Part shown: in pieces, positions 52,222 through 63,920 of the stretch
Layout of the letters: the number at the start of each line of letters is the position of its first letter
Position numbering within the stretch: the first letter of the stretch is position 1
Assembly (NCBI GenBank): GCA_951406725.2
Contig: OX597814.1
Coordinates: forward strand, 140,120,001 to 140,184,000
Length of the DNA stretch: 64,000 nt
Source of the DNA: Octopus vulgaris
Lineage: Eukaryota
Direction of reading: 5' to 3'
The notes under the pieces: model-generated
Database searches by the model: none
What the model was told of the DNA's origin: nothing
The model's input: the letters and a program-made list of their open reading frames with translations, nothing else
Made by a program: the position numbers and the translations under genes

Positions 52222-52658
52222 GTTTAAAAGGATATATAATCCTGGCAGTTACTACCGTGTTTCCTCTTAAATCAGTTTCAGATGCCAGCTAACCACAATA
52301 GTCCTTTAGAGATACTCAAGTTAACATTAAGTTGCTAGACTCTGGTAACTATTCTCACTTGGTAAATCTATAATTTTATTATGTGAATTGTGGTTTCATA
52401 CAGTTTAGGATTTGGTGAGAGCTACAGATATCTACGATATATACAGATATCTGCAATATAAGATGTTAAGGGTTAAATATGATTACAATGAAGTTAAAAT
52501 GCCAATAAGAAAATACTTTCTATAAAATGATGGTAATGATTTACTAATTTATTTTATTATTGCATGTATGCACAAAAGCTTTATGCCTGAGGTTGTTGTT
52601 ATATTAATGATCATGTGTTCAACAGATTTTTTTCTAAATTCTATTTTAATTTAAATAG

Positions 52659-52807
52659 GCCATCGATGGGGTGATGTGAGAGGCATCAGGAGACACAAAA
52701 TTGCTAAACATAGTGCAATTGCATCTGTTGTACACCTCAGCAAGACAGAAAAGCTAAAGAAGAAAATTTTAAAGCCTAAGAAAAAGTTTGACCATAGTCC
52801 ACACGAG
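52659..52807 (+). CDS. SLC4A2: SLC4 anion exchanger exon, (S)HRWGDVRGIRRHKIAK...FDHSPHE
   Basis: aatag acceptor in phase 1; gtgaga donor in phase 0. Resembles AE2/AE3 SHRFED.PGVRRHL ... PHE. Confidence 0.93.
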
Positions 52808-53837
52808 GTGAGATACATACATTATATGTCAGAAACAAAATTATCTTCTATTATGCATTATCTTGGCTAGACACTTTTTAAAGACATATATAAATATTTC
52901 TCTGTGTTTATTAAACTGAAAGTATTATTACAAGTTCACAAGTTTACCATATTTGCCAAGTAAATAAACCATAAATCTGTAGACAACTTTCTAAGAAGAA
53001 ATTCAAAGACACTGTTTATCTCATAGTGTGTTATTCTATAATTTAAAATGATATGATCTTATTAATACATATTTATGGGTGAAGATCAAAGGTACTATTA
53101 AAAAATATCATTATTTCTGTAATATTTAGGTTAATATTTATTTTTCAATCGATATCTACTGCTGTTGAAGGTTGAATAAATAATAAGTCACATGATGATC
53201 ACTTGTTTAAAAGAATGGAAAACAAATAAATGAATAAAAAGGGTTTTAGTTGTGGTTACTTTGATTTAATTAGAATTCCAAATAAAAAGAAAAATTCACA
53301 ATCTGTGAGTTTACAGTTTCAAAGAAGTTTGGTTTAGAATTTTCAAAACATATACACACTAATTTTAATACACCTGTAAATGAAATTGTGACTCTTTGTC
53401 TCTCTCTGGGCATTACTGAGGAAGACATGAGATCTTAACATTAGTTAAAAACATGGAATCAAGTGTTGTGTAATCCTTTCTTTTTTTCTAAGATAGTAGG
53501 GAATGTTTTAACATTTTAGCATTCAAACATAATTTTTATTCATTTACATTGTTTTCAATTAATTGTGCATTATTATCTTGTAGCTTTGGGATTTTGAAGA
53601 TGTTTATTCTTTAGAATGATGTTGTATGATAGGTGTGAGCTGGCTTAAACATAAACCAGGCAAAATATTTAGGCCAAATATGGTTGGTTTAAATACTGAA
53701 GGGTTAAGGTATATCTGGCTACTACTTCTAGCTGATCTTGCAACTACAAAGAGCAGAGTCCAGGAAGTGTTTTGGTGGCACCAAATTGCAAGCGCAAAGA
53801 TCATGTAAGGATATTTGGTGCTGAGTAGAGATGCATT

Positions 53838-54150
53838 TCATCATCATCATCACCATTTAACATCTGTTGTCCATGATGGCATGGGTTCGATAGTTTGACT
53901 GGGCTGGTATGCTGGAAGGCTGCGCCAGGCTCCAGTCTGATTTGGCTGGATGCCCTTCCTAACACCAACCACTTGGATAGTATAATGGCTGCTTTTATGT
54001 GCCACCGGCACGGGTGCCATTTGTGTGACACTGGTATCTGCCACAACTGCAATTTTCCTTGGCTTGATAGGTCTTCTTCTCAAGCACAACATAATGCCAA
54101 AGGTCTTGGTCATTGCCTCCACGAGGCCCAACATCCAAAAGGAACTTGGC
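53838..54150 (-). mobile_element. RTE-related (GAT)n-tailed element end
   Basis: (CAT)n plus catgatggcatgggttcga ... ctggatgcccttcctaacaccaacc. Confidence 0.75.
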
Positions 54151-55174
54151 CACCTTGATTGTTTAGATCTTAAGTCTCAAGCTCATTTCTGTTTCTTCAT
54201 GTAGATTTTTAAAAGACTTAGTGGGGTTTTTCCAAATTTGAATGCAGTGTATGGGAGTTCCCCACTTCTGGTTTAGAGACTCTGTCATTGACTCATTTAA
54301 AATTTTATTATTGGGTGTCGTGACTATGGTATGTTTCTCTAGTATTGAATGTTTGGGTGATTCTTATGGAAGGAACCTGTAGGAAGGGAAGACAAAAGAA
54401 GTAGTGAAAGCTTATCTCAGGAGGCTAAACTTTATGTAGAATTGTCAGAAGTGGCAATACACTGTACAGGAGAAGAGATGTGCAATCTATTTGTATATGG
54501 AAAAATGAACATAGAATAATTATGATAGTTGATAGTGGGTGGGACAAATTTGTCTGATAACCTGTGATCTAGCCAATTGTAATTTTAGTTGAGAAAATTT
54601 GATCACTACTTAGCTGGTATAGTCGTATAGATAAAAGGTTTGGTGTATAACTACATGAGTTCAGTTTCAGCCCATGGTGCGGTATCATAGTGTCAAATTG
54701 ACCATGTCATTCTGAGTGAAATTTGGTCAATAAAAACTGAGAAAACCCATTGAAGGAACTGTTATGCTTTTGGATGAAAGATTTAATCCATCACTTTGTT
54801 TAAAACCAACAGACCACCTGCTCTTGGGTGATTTTAGTTGGATCCATTTTGTTGTAAGGGTATGTGAGCCAGGCCACCAGTCTGAGAGTAACACCCTCTC
54901 TTTCCCCAATTACTAGTTCCTGAAAATGGTCTTGGATTCTGCCCATCTTCATCTCCCTAAGCTGCCAAAACAAAATAAAACAGTAGCTCTTTTCAACTGG
55001 CAAAGAATTTCTGGCTCCTTCAGCTCATAATCCATCACTGACATTATCATGGTCCTTATTATTGTTGTAAAAATTAGTTGAGGGATGAGGTTGTTGTCTT
55101 CTTTTTGTGAGATTTGTTTCTTTTTTTTTTCTCACTTTTTGTAAATTTTCTATTTATTTGTTGGTATTGTGCAG

Positions 55175-55361
55175 CTCTTTGTAGAGCTTGATGAACTACA
55201 TGTTGGAGACCAGAATGATTGGGACTGGGAATGGAGAGAAAAGGCTCGATGGATCAAATTTGAAGAAGATGTTGAAGAAGGAGCAGAGAGATGGGGCAAA
55301 CCTCATGTAGCTTCATTGTCATTTCATAGCTTAATAGAACTGAGAAAAGGGCTCGAACAAG
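55175..55361 (+). CDS. SLC4A2: SLC4 anion exchanger exon, start of the Band 3 cytoplasmic domain
   Basis: LFVELDEL...[39 protein letters not shown] is the hallmark SLC4 motif, and [11 protein letters not shown] is AE-type. gcag acceptor in phase 0; gtgagt donor in phase 1. Confidence 0.97.
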
Positions 55362-55685
55362 GTGAGTGTATTCTTCACACCATAAAATATATTCACTGTC
55401 TCAACTATTTTTATTATGCTTTTTCTCAGATTTTATTGTTTACTCAATATATTCATCTAAGTGCAGTACTACTCATTCAGGTGGTGTAAATGTTACCATT
55501 TAACCCCCTACACTTCACATTGTAACCCTACTACAGTCCCTTATCACCTATTTCTCATCCCTGATCCACTCCTGTTTCCTTCACTTCTCTTCCCCCAAAC
55601 TAATAGTCACTTCATCCAACTCAATCCCTATAACTTATCATTTCATACTTTTTTTACACTCTATTGTATTTACCTACCCATTAAC

Positions 55686-55688
<3 letters not shown>

Positions 55689-55773
<85 letters not shown>
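55689..55773. repeat. (CT)n microsatellite
   Basis: Read directly from the sequence. Confidence 0.95.
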
Positions 55774-55778
<5 letters not shown>

Positions 55779-56096
55779 CACCTTATACCTTTAGGGTATG
55801 CCCTCATCATCATTCTCCTTTTTCAGCTTGAGAAACTATGTAGTTACTTCTGCAAGATACCTTTTCTTGTTGCTCTATCATACTTTCACCTCCTTCAGTA
55901 CTGTACCCCACTCATGTGAGGGGTCGTGCAAGTGTTTGGTGTTCAACAAATACTTTTTAACAAAACCAAGCATATTATTGAAATAAAGGCATACTTAATT
56001 ATTTTTTAATGAAAAGAAAACACTGATTGCTTTTTATTCAGCAGATATGATTCAGCACCGTCCACTGGATGGGGTGGGGGGGCGTTTTGCTCGTAG

Positions 56097-56145
<49 letters not shown>

Positions 56146-56914
56146 CACACATATATTGTGTGTGTTTGTGTTGTCCCCCACCATTGCTTGACAACCGATG
56201 TTGATGTGTTTACATCCCTGTAACTTAGCAGTTTGGCAAAAGAGACCCATAGAATAAGTACTAGGGTTACAAAGAATCAGTCCAGGTGTTGATTTCTTTG
56301 ACGAAAGGCAATGCTCAAGCATGGCTGAAGTCAAATGACTGAAACAAATAAAAGAATATATAAAACACAAACTAGGACTCAACAAATTCATCAATTAACA
56401 CTTTTGTCATCATATTTCTGTTGAAATACACACTCATTATTTCAATTAATTTGAAAAGTAATGAATAATGTATTAAAATAATTTGTCATTATTAATCTGA
56501 TTTTTAGAACATAAATTAACATGAAATGTTAATGGGGAATTTGAATTTATATCTCTTTAACACTGGAAGTTTGTACCATAGAACCAAGAGCAGTGTTCAG
56601 TGATTTAGTATGAAAAGTGTTAATCTCTCTAAATATGAGACCTTGTGGCAAAGCTAGAAATAATCATTTATGTATAAATATATATTTCCTGATTACACAC
56701 TGCAATATTTATCAACTAAATTATATATTAACCATGTTTAATCATTAACATTTTGGAGGCAATTAACATGCAATATGCAAAATTAATTGTTGACAAGTTA
56801 ATTGTTAGAGAAAAGAAGTGCTCTTCTCCCCTGTAAATAGAACAATGTTAATCAGAAATATGGTATTAAAAGTGTTAATTTATCAATTGATTTTATTGGA
56901 TCCCATTTTTTTTA

Positions 56915-57330
56915 ACCATTATGTAAACCTCCTCAAGGAATGTGAAGACGCAGGCTGGAAAGCAGAACATTTTCCAATCGAAGTCGGTTGTAGAGGGTTT
57001 GTTGGACACAGCGTGAGACGACTGTTGTTATCGCTAGGCCTAACTCATTGTAAAGTCAATACCACCATGACTGATATCCAATCTACAGTGGAGAAGGCTA
57101 GCAACAGGATTTGGTTAAAAAGAGACGATGAGCAATGGCTAGAAGGATATTGAGTTTAACTTCATAACCAGCTGATCTAGCAAGCGGGACCACATATCAG
57201 TGAGTGGCGCCGGTGCGCATTGATGCCGTCAAGAGGTAGGCCCCGAAACGGCGCGCATTCTTTCCTGATGATCCCATACACTTGCTGGCTTCCGGTATAC
57301 AGAGCTTTTGACTGGTAGCACTTGCATGTG
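56915..57330 (+). mobile_element. 3' end of a HERO/R2-group non-LTR retrotransposon (REL endonuclease tail plus structured 3' UTR)
   Basis: YVNLLKECEDAGWKAEHFPIEVGCRGFVGHS...LG...VEKASNRIWLKR, stop at 57153, followed by a GC/CpG-rich UTR. Confidence 0.8.
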
Positions 57331-57499
57331 CAAGTTGTTTGCAAGACATAATCAATGCCCAACTTGATTATTCAACATCCTGCACTTTTAAAGTTTTCTC
57401 TAACACCTTATACTTTGGTGTGAAGAGATACCTTGCTTCAGTTTACAATAGACTGGTTGCTGTGCAAATTTTAGATTCATCATTTTTTAAACAAATATA

Positions 57500-58008
57500 C
57501 CTTAAGTCCTCGAGTATAATCCGCATTTTTTCCCCAAAATCCCTAGTGCGTACTATATACGAGGTTAAAAATGAAAAATATTTTCTAAGCAATGTCCGAG
57601 TCTCTATTTGCTGTCTGGCAATGTTTATTCAGACGCATTTTGTGATGTCGGGCGTGAAAATACCTTAAGCTAAGCCTGAAAGCAATGAAGTCATAAAAGA
57701 ATCATCTATAACTTGCAGTAAGCAACATTTATTAAAATAAAAGTACTCAGAACACAGAATAACATGTAACAAAAACAATTTGCAAACATATTTACATTCC
57801 CATATAACAGTTAAGAACATCACTATTATTGTATTACGCATGCATGGAAGTGTTTGTTCGACTAGGTGCTGCTGGCTTAATTACGCACAACTCAGGTTAG
57901 AGAAGGGGGTGCATATTATACACAAGGTTTAAGTTTTTCAGAGGTACAGCCCCCTAAAAATTCCCTGCGTATTATACTCAAGGGCAGACTATACTCGAAG
58001 ATTTACGG
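57500..58008. mobile_element. Tc1/pogo-type MITE with TA target duplication
   Basis: TA-CCTTAAGTCCTCGAGTATAATCCGC ... GCAGACTATACTCGAAGATTTACGG-TA, plus subterminal TATTATAC(A/T)CAAGG repeats. Confidence 0.85.
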
Positions 58009-58009
58009 T

Positions 58010-58415
58010 AGACATAGTTGTGTGGTTAAGTTCACTTTGCAGTCACAAGGTTCCAGGTTCTGTCTCACTGTGTGACATCTTGTGCAAGTGTCTTCTGCTA
58101 TAACTCCTAGTCAATCAATACCTTGTGAGTGAATTTGGTAGAGGGACACTCTGTAGAAGCCTGTCGTAAATGTATGTGTGTATTTGTATGTTTGTGTATA
58201 TAGGTTGATATTTCATTTGTCAGTGTGTGAGCAAAGTGGTGCTGATGTTGACATTCCTTGTTGACATTATGACCAGTAGCTCTGCACTTTCAAAGCCATG
58301 GAATATGAAAATACTTTGTTTTGAAAAAAAATGTGAGTTAGCAACCAGAATAGCATCTAACCATAAAATCCTGAGTTAAATAATTCTCCATCTAACTCAT
58401 ACTAGCATGGAAAAA
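58010..58415 (+). mobile_element. Degraded tRNA-derived SINE (RTE-like tail variant)
   Basis: tagttgtgtggttaag ... ggttctgtctc ... tcttgtgcaagtgtcttc ... catactagcatggaaaa. Confidence 0.65.
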
Positions 58416-58752
58416 ATTTATTACTAATTGCTTATTTAACTTTTGCACATTTGATTTCATGAATGTGCATTTCTTTTTTTTTTTTTTTTTGCAACTGAAT
58501 ATCATTTGAAGCAGTGACTTTACTATCACAAAATCAAATTTATATTGATATATTCAAGTTTTCTAGTAAAGGTGGAATTTTCTCATAAAATTTCATAATT
58601 TATCATTTTTATTAAATATTGAGTAATTTTCCAAATCAATAATCTGGCAATTTAAGTTTATTGCTTATAATTTGTTGTGTTATTGATATGGAAAGGCCAT
58701 AGGTATTATTAACATTGCATTTTTTTCTCATGAGAGACCTTTTTTCTTCCAG

Positions 58753-58888
58753 GTGTTTTTTTACTGGATTTGGAAAGCACAGATTTAAAGTCAATAGCTC
58801 ACAACATTGTTGAACAGATGGATATTTATGACCTTATTCAGCCAGAAGATAAGGGCAATGTTCTAAGAACTTTATTGCTGAAACACAA
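58753..58888 (+). CDS. SLC4A2: SLC4 anion exchanger exon, (G)VFLLDLESTDLKSIAHNIVEQMDIYDLIQPEDKGNVLRTLLLKH; the gene continues beyond the window
   Basis: Absent from the ORF track. ttccag acceptor in phase 1; gtgagc donor in phase 2. Resembles AE2 GAVLLDL...AHQVVEQM...D...NVLRALLLKH. Confidence 0.95.
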
Positions 58889-60560
58889 GTGAGCATTTTA
58901 TTCTTTTGCACTTAAACAGTTATGAAATCTTCATTTAACATAAATATCTTCCTCCCTTTATTTAATGGTTAATTATTATCAAAGAAGTAATAAGTAAAAG
59001 AAAAAAAAAATTCAATTTAATTCTCTTCATTCTTGTGCAATCTTAAGAAATCCCATATGTTGTTTTTCACTTCATTCTTTGAAATTTCCATTCAAAGTAT
59101 TTTCATTTGCCGCTATAATTTTTCTGTTATTCTCCTCCCATATGCAAATTACTTTGACCTGTTAGCATAACTAATTTACTTCAATTTGTTTTTTGTTTTT
59201 TTTTTCATTTTGTTTTTTTTACCTATTTTTATTATTTACAAAAATACTATTTTGTTTCCCTTTAACTTTTGTATTATCTTATATTGTTCTTCTCAAACAT
59301 GATGATTATTTCTGCTTTAAATATTTATTTATTTGTTTTATTTCAGTTTATTATATCAAGCCAATTACAGAGTAGATTAGTTTTTCTATGAAATTATATT
59401 AATATCATAAATGTTTCCGCTAATAATATTTTTGAACAACACTCTGTATCTTAATTAGTTCTATTAATGATTATATTTTGCTGTTGTATTTTTTCACAAA
59501 CAGAAATCATCAATTTAAGCTTTTGTTTAGTATTGACCAATAAAGTAAGTTGCGTGTCATTTTTAAGTTCAGTTCCTTTACTGTTTATTGAATGTAATTG
59601 GTTCCAGGAACAATGAGAAGAATTCCTCTCCATTTAAGCAATTTGGTCAAAATAATTCAGTGTTTATGTGACATTTGTCCTAATTTAATTCAATATTCAT
59701 TAATTTAGAGAAGAAATATTAGTGGAAATGGAGAACACTTTTCTCATATAAAAATCTTTGCATGAAAAACAAAAACAAATTGTAAATAATTGATTGACAG
59801 CTTGTGATTCAATTTTGTTTGCTGTTGCCTTAGTTTGCTGGTTGTTTAGACATTGGTGAATTAATGGGTGTTGCTCTCACACAAATACAGCTGAGTGCTT
59901 TGAAATAAACTAATCAGCTAACAATTTTATAATTTACATTCTTATTTATTTCTAGATTCTTTCACAGTCATTTAATTTATATTGATTGGCTGCTGAGAGC
60001 TTGGCAAATACAACATCCATTTAGAAAAATATCCTAGATTAATCCAGCAAACACCCATAACTTTCCAATGTGTTATAAGCAAACATTGTTCCTCATGTGA
60101 AGATTACTGTTCCTCTGTTGAGTATATTTTATATGAGTTCTTTAAGTTTGTTCATTCATATAATTTTGTTTTTATTTATGAACTTTAATAACCTGCTCTT
60201 CCAGTTCTACAGAAAACATATGAAGGGTAGATATTATTTTTCCATTATTTATACATCCAAATTAGAAATGTTTAATTACATTTACAAACAAGTTTAATTC
60301 TCCTTAATCTAACAAATAACAGTAATTTATTACATAGTAAAACAATATTTTCTTGAAATTCCTAACATGGAATTTTAAACTGAGAATTGTGGAAATAGTC
60401 ATAGTTTTGTCTAAAGGCAACAAAATAAACAACTATAAAACTATTTGTTATTTTATTTTATTTTTAGTTTCACAAAGCAATATGAAAAATATTTTGTTTA
60501 CTCATTTATTCTTAGTCATCTAATCAATTACCATTTATTTTCAGATAAATATTTTGAAAT

Positions 60561-60598
<38 letters not shown>

Positions 60599-61129
60599 AA
60601 TAGACACAGTATACTTATATATATATGTATCAGTAAAATGTATAAAAACAACATACAATTTATACTATTTGTTCCTACACATGTTTTACCATTGTGGCTA
60701 TTCACATCTTCTGCAAAGGGTGCTAATAGTAAGTCTGGCTGCAGATTCACAATAGTTCTTTAAGGGAATATTTTATTACATTAAGTACACTGGAACTACT
60801 ATATATATATTCTGTTTGTAGCACAGAAATCATAAAATTGCTCAGTACATGCTTGTGTTAGGAGTGTCATCCTATGTTTGTTTAACCAAGATTCTATATA
60901 ATCTTCTATAGTCAACTGTAGGTATCTCCCAATAGGTTCAGTCAAGTAAAAGGCCAGTTGAAGTGAACCATGATTCAGGTTTATATCACAAATGATAAAT
61001 ATATTACATATGTACAAACTGAAGCAATATAGGGTAGAATGAACATGACAACTTCTCTAGTGCTGGTGCCATAATAAAATGCACCCAGTACACTCAATAA
61101 CTGCATCCAGTTATCTAGGATGTTTGTAC

Positions 61130-61301
61130 AAGTTGTAATAATGAAGTCAAACCAAATAGTTATATTTTGAAATCATTTAATATGTAGGTCTTTCACAATG
61201 GATGCATGCATTTCCTATTATTTATATTACACAGACCTGAAACATACAAATTGAATGATTTCAAAATATCACTATTTAGTTTGACTTCTTTATTACAACT
61301 T
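61130..61301. repeat. Degraded inverted repeat, arms ~61130-61191 and ~61233-61301
   Basis: aagttgtaataatgaagtcaaaccaaatagttatattttgaaatcatttaa mirrors ttgaatgatttcaaaatatcactatttagtttgacttctttattacaactt. Confidence 0.85.
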
Positions 61302-61747
61302 ATATGACTTGATGCCGGTACAAGTTAGCTGGTCCAGTCACTACTAATGTAGATACTCTAACTAGTTATTGGAATAGTTTATTACATTTGATTCAAGTAA
61401 AAAATCCTGGTTGTGTGCACTGTTTCTTAGTGTAACATGAAATATATATGATTTTGATAAATAGTTTACATGGAACTCTCAATCTTTGAGCCACATATGT
61501 AACTTTACAGCTAACTAAATGTGCATATCACTGTATCAACCAGACTATTTCTTAGAGATTTTACATGTTTCAGTTCTTCTTGAAAAAATGAACCTTATCA
61601 AAAATATTTTTAAAAGTTAAGTGTAATAAAAAAGTTCATAATTGTTTCTTACTAGTCTCAACAGAATCCACGTGGTCGTGTTTTGTGGGGAGTAAGCATT
61701 ATGGCTGTCTTGTGTGTTGACTAGATTTGTTGGCTGTAATTGGGATA

Positions 61748-61790
<43 letters not shown>

Positions 61791-62089
61791 GTGTGTGTTT
61801 AGGTAAGTGCTTTAAATGAAACGCTAAAATTTTGAGTAACATGTGTAACTTTACTGTTATTAAAGAAATATATATTCCTTTGTCCATGCATTCAGCAAGT
61901 AGCTACGCGATCTTTTCTCCCTCCACTTTGAAGAGAGATTATAGGCCACTGACCATTAGAGTCTAAAGCAACACTGTTAAGCTAAGTGCTTTACAGACAT
62001 GAAATCCAGGGTAACCCCATAGTCCAGCTATAACTATCTTTATCTAATTACTCTGTTGCTCTATAACTTAGAATGTGCTTCTCTTTCGG

Positions 62090-62405
62090 ATTTGGCACAG
62101 AAAAAGCACTATTCGAACATGGTCGTTGCCAGTGCTGCCTGACTGGCTCTTGTGCCAGTGGCACGTAAAAAGCACCATTCGAGCGTGGTTGATGCCAGTA
62201 CTGCGTGACTGGCCCTCGTGCTGGTGGCACATAAAAAGCACCCAGTACACTCTCAGAGTGGTTAGCATTAGGAAAGGCATCCAGCAGTAGAAACTTTGCC
62301 AGATCGGAGTGGAGCCTGGTGCAGCCTTCTGACTTGCCAATCCTCAGTCAAATACCGTCCAACCCATGACAGCATGGAAAGCAGACGTTAAACGATGATA
62401 ATGAT
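62090..62405 (+). mobile_element. RTE-related (GAT)n-tailed SINE with internal tandem units
   Basis: Near-identical to 28765-29045; ends gcatggaaagcagacgttaaacgatgat. Confidence 0.8.
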
Positions 62406-62462
62406 TATATAATTATATATATATAATCTCTCCTTCTTTCTCTCCTTGTTTTTTTCTGTGTA

Positions 62463-62500
62463 TCTTTCTGTCGAAGAGCGTAGGCTCAAAACGTAAAAGA
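62463..62500 (+). ncRNA. Hammerhead-like fold with a variant/decayed core, in a short module between (TA)n tracts
   Basis: TCTTT-CTGTCGA-a-GAGC(gtag)GCTC-AAAA-cg-T-A-AAAGA. Stems I and II and the ACGT palindrome are intact; the core has A6U and G12A changes. Confidence 0.5.
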
Positions 62501-63629
62501 CTTTTTCTATTCCTGAGCGTTATACTAATACATCTGTTTGTTTGTACTCCACCTGCCTTCGTCTTTTGTTTATTTTCATAAACTTACCCTTTATATATAT
62601 ATATATATATATACATACACACACACACACACACATGTACATCATTTTTACATCTGTTCCTTGCTAGCATAGGTTGGATGAGCCAAGTCAGTTGTTATTT
62701 GGAGTTACTCTCATTCCTTTGCAGATCAGGGACTATGTCTCATATATTCCAATTTGCCATATTTTCTACAATTCGATAGCCTTCCTATCATTAGTCTTTT
62801 CACAGAGTGTACTAGATGGTGAACATCTTGTGTTTGTATGTATGTGCAGTCTCTCTGTCTGTCACTCTCTCGATTTGTGTGTGTGTCCCTTTCCTTCCAG
62901 CACCAAAATATACTGTGGCCAAAAGAGGTTGAATGTCCATTCAGCTGTGCCAAATCATCAGCCCACAAGCAACTACACCTGATCATCTCACTCCATACAT
63001 ACATACACACATACACACACGTACAGACATGCATAAATTCATGCATTCAAGAACACATGTGTGCATACACACGCACACACACACACACATATATAAGCAT
63101 TAAAATGTCAGCTAGCTCTTATATCTTCTCAACATTTCCATTTAAAAATCAGTGTAATAACCTGGATATAACTTGTATTATATAACTGTGGTTTCAAGAA
63201 GATACATAAAAAACAACTTAACACCTTACTAATCAGTAATCCATTATCTGTGATAACTGCCCATGTTTCAGATGATAAATCTGAGATTTGTGTAAAACGC
63301 ATGCAGTCAGTATACAAATTATTCTCTGGTGAGTAACAAATCAAAAGGTTACAAAAGGTGACATTAGAACACAAATTCATGCACCACACACATGCACACA
63401 CACATACACACACACACACACATATGGAGAGAGAGTAAGGGAGAGAGATAGACACACACACACACACACATGCATATATACACATATAAATATATAGGCA
63501 CACCAACAATAGCAACATCTCTACCCACTTTTTCAAGCTATAATACTAAGTTTTGGTTATGGCACGAAAGATTTCAAAATACAACTGCTTGTTCTGGTAA
63601 GTTCAAAGCTTAAGGAAAGTAATCTAATA

Positions 63630-63920
63630 ATAATGATGATGATAATGATGATGATGATGATATTGGTTTCAAATTTTGGCACAAAGCCAGCAGTTTTTGA
63701 GGAGAATGGGAAGTTGATTACATCGACCCCCCCCCCTCCCCCAGTACTTAACTGGTACTTTTTTTTATATCTCCAAAGAATGAACAGCAAAGTTGTCCTC
63801 AGTAGAATTTGTACTCAGGACATAAAGATGGACAAAGTGTCATAACATGTTGTCTGGTGTGATAATGGTTCTGCCAGCTCACTGCATTGATGATGATGAT
63901 GATGATGATAATGATGACGA
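63630..63920 (-). mobile_element. SINE of the 37348-37552 family, between (GAT)n tracts
   Basis: tttcaaattttggcacaaagccagc ... actggtactt ... tctgccagctc. Confidence 0.7.

Noticed and set aside
55461-55919. 152-aa ORF and similar LSLS/YIYI/CVCV/NNNN ORFs throughout the window
   Set aside because: The frames are held open by microsatellites.
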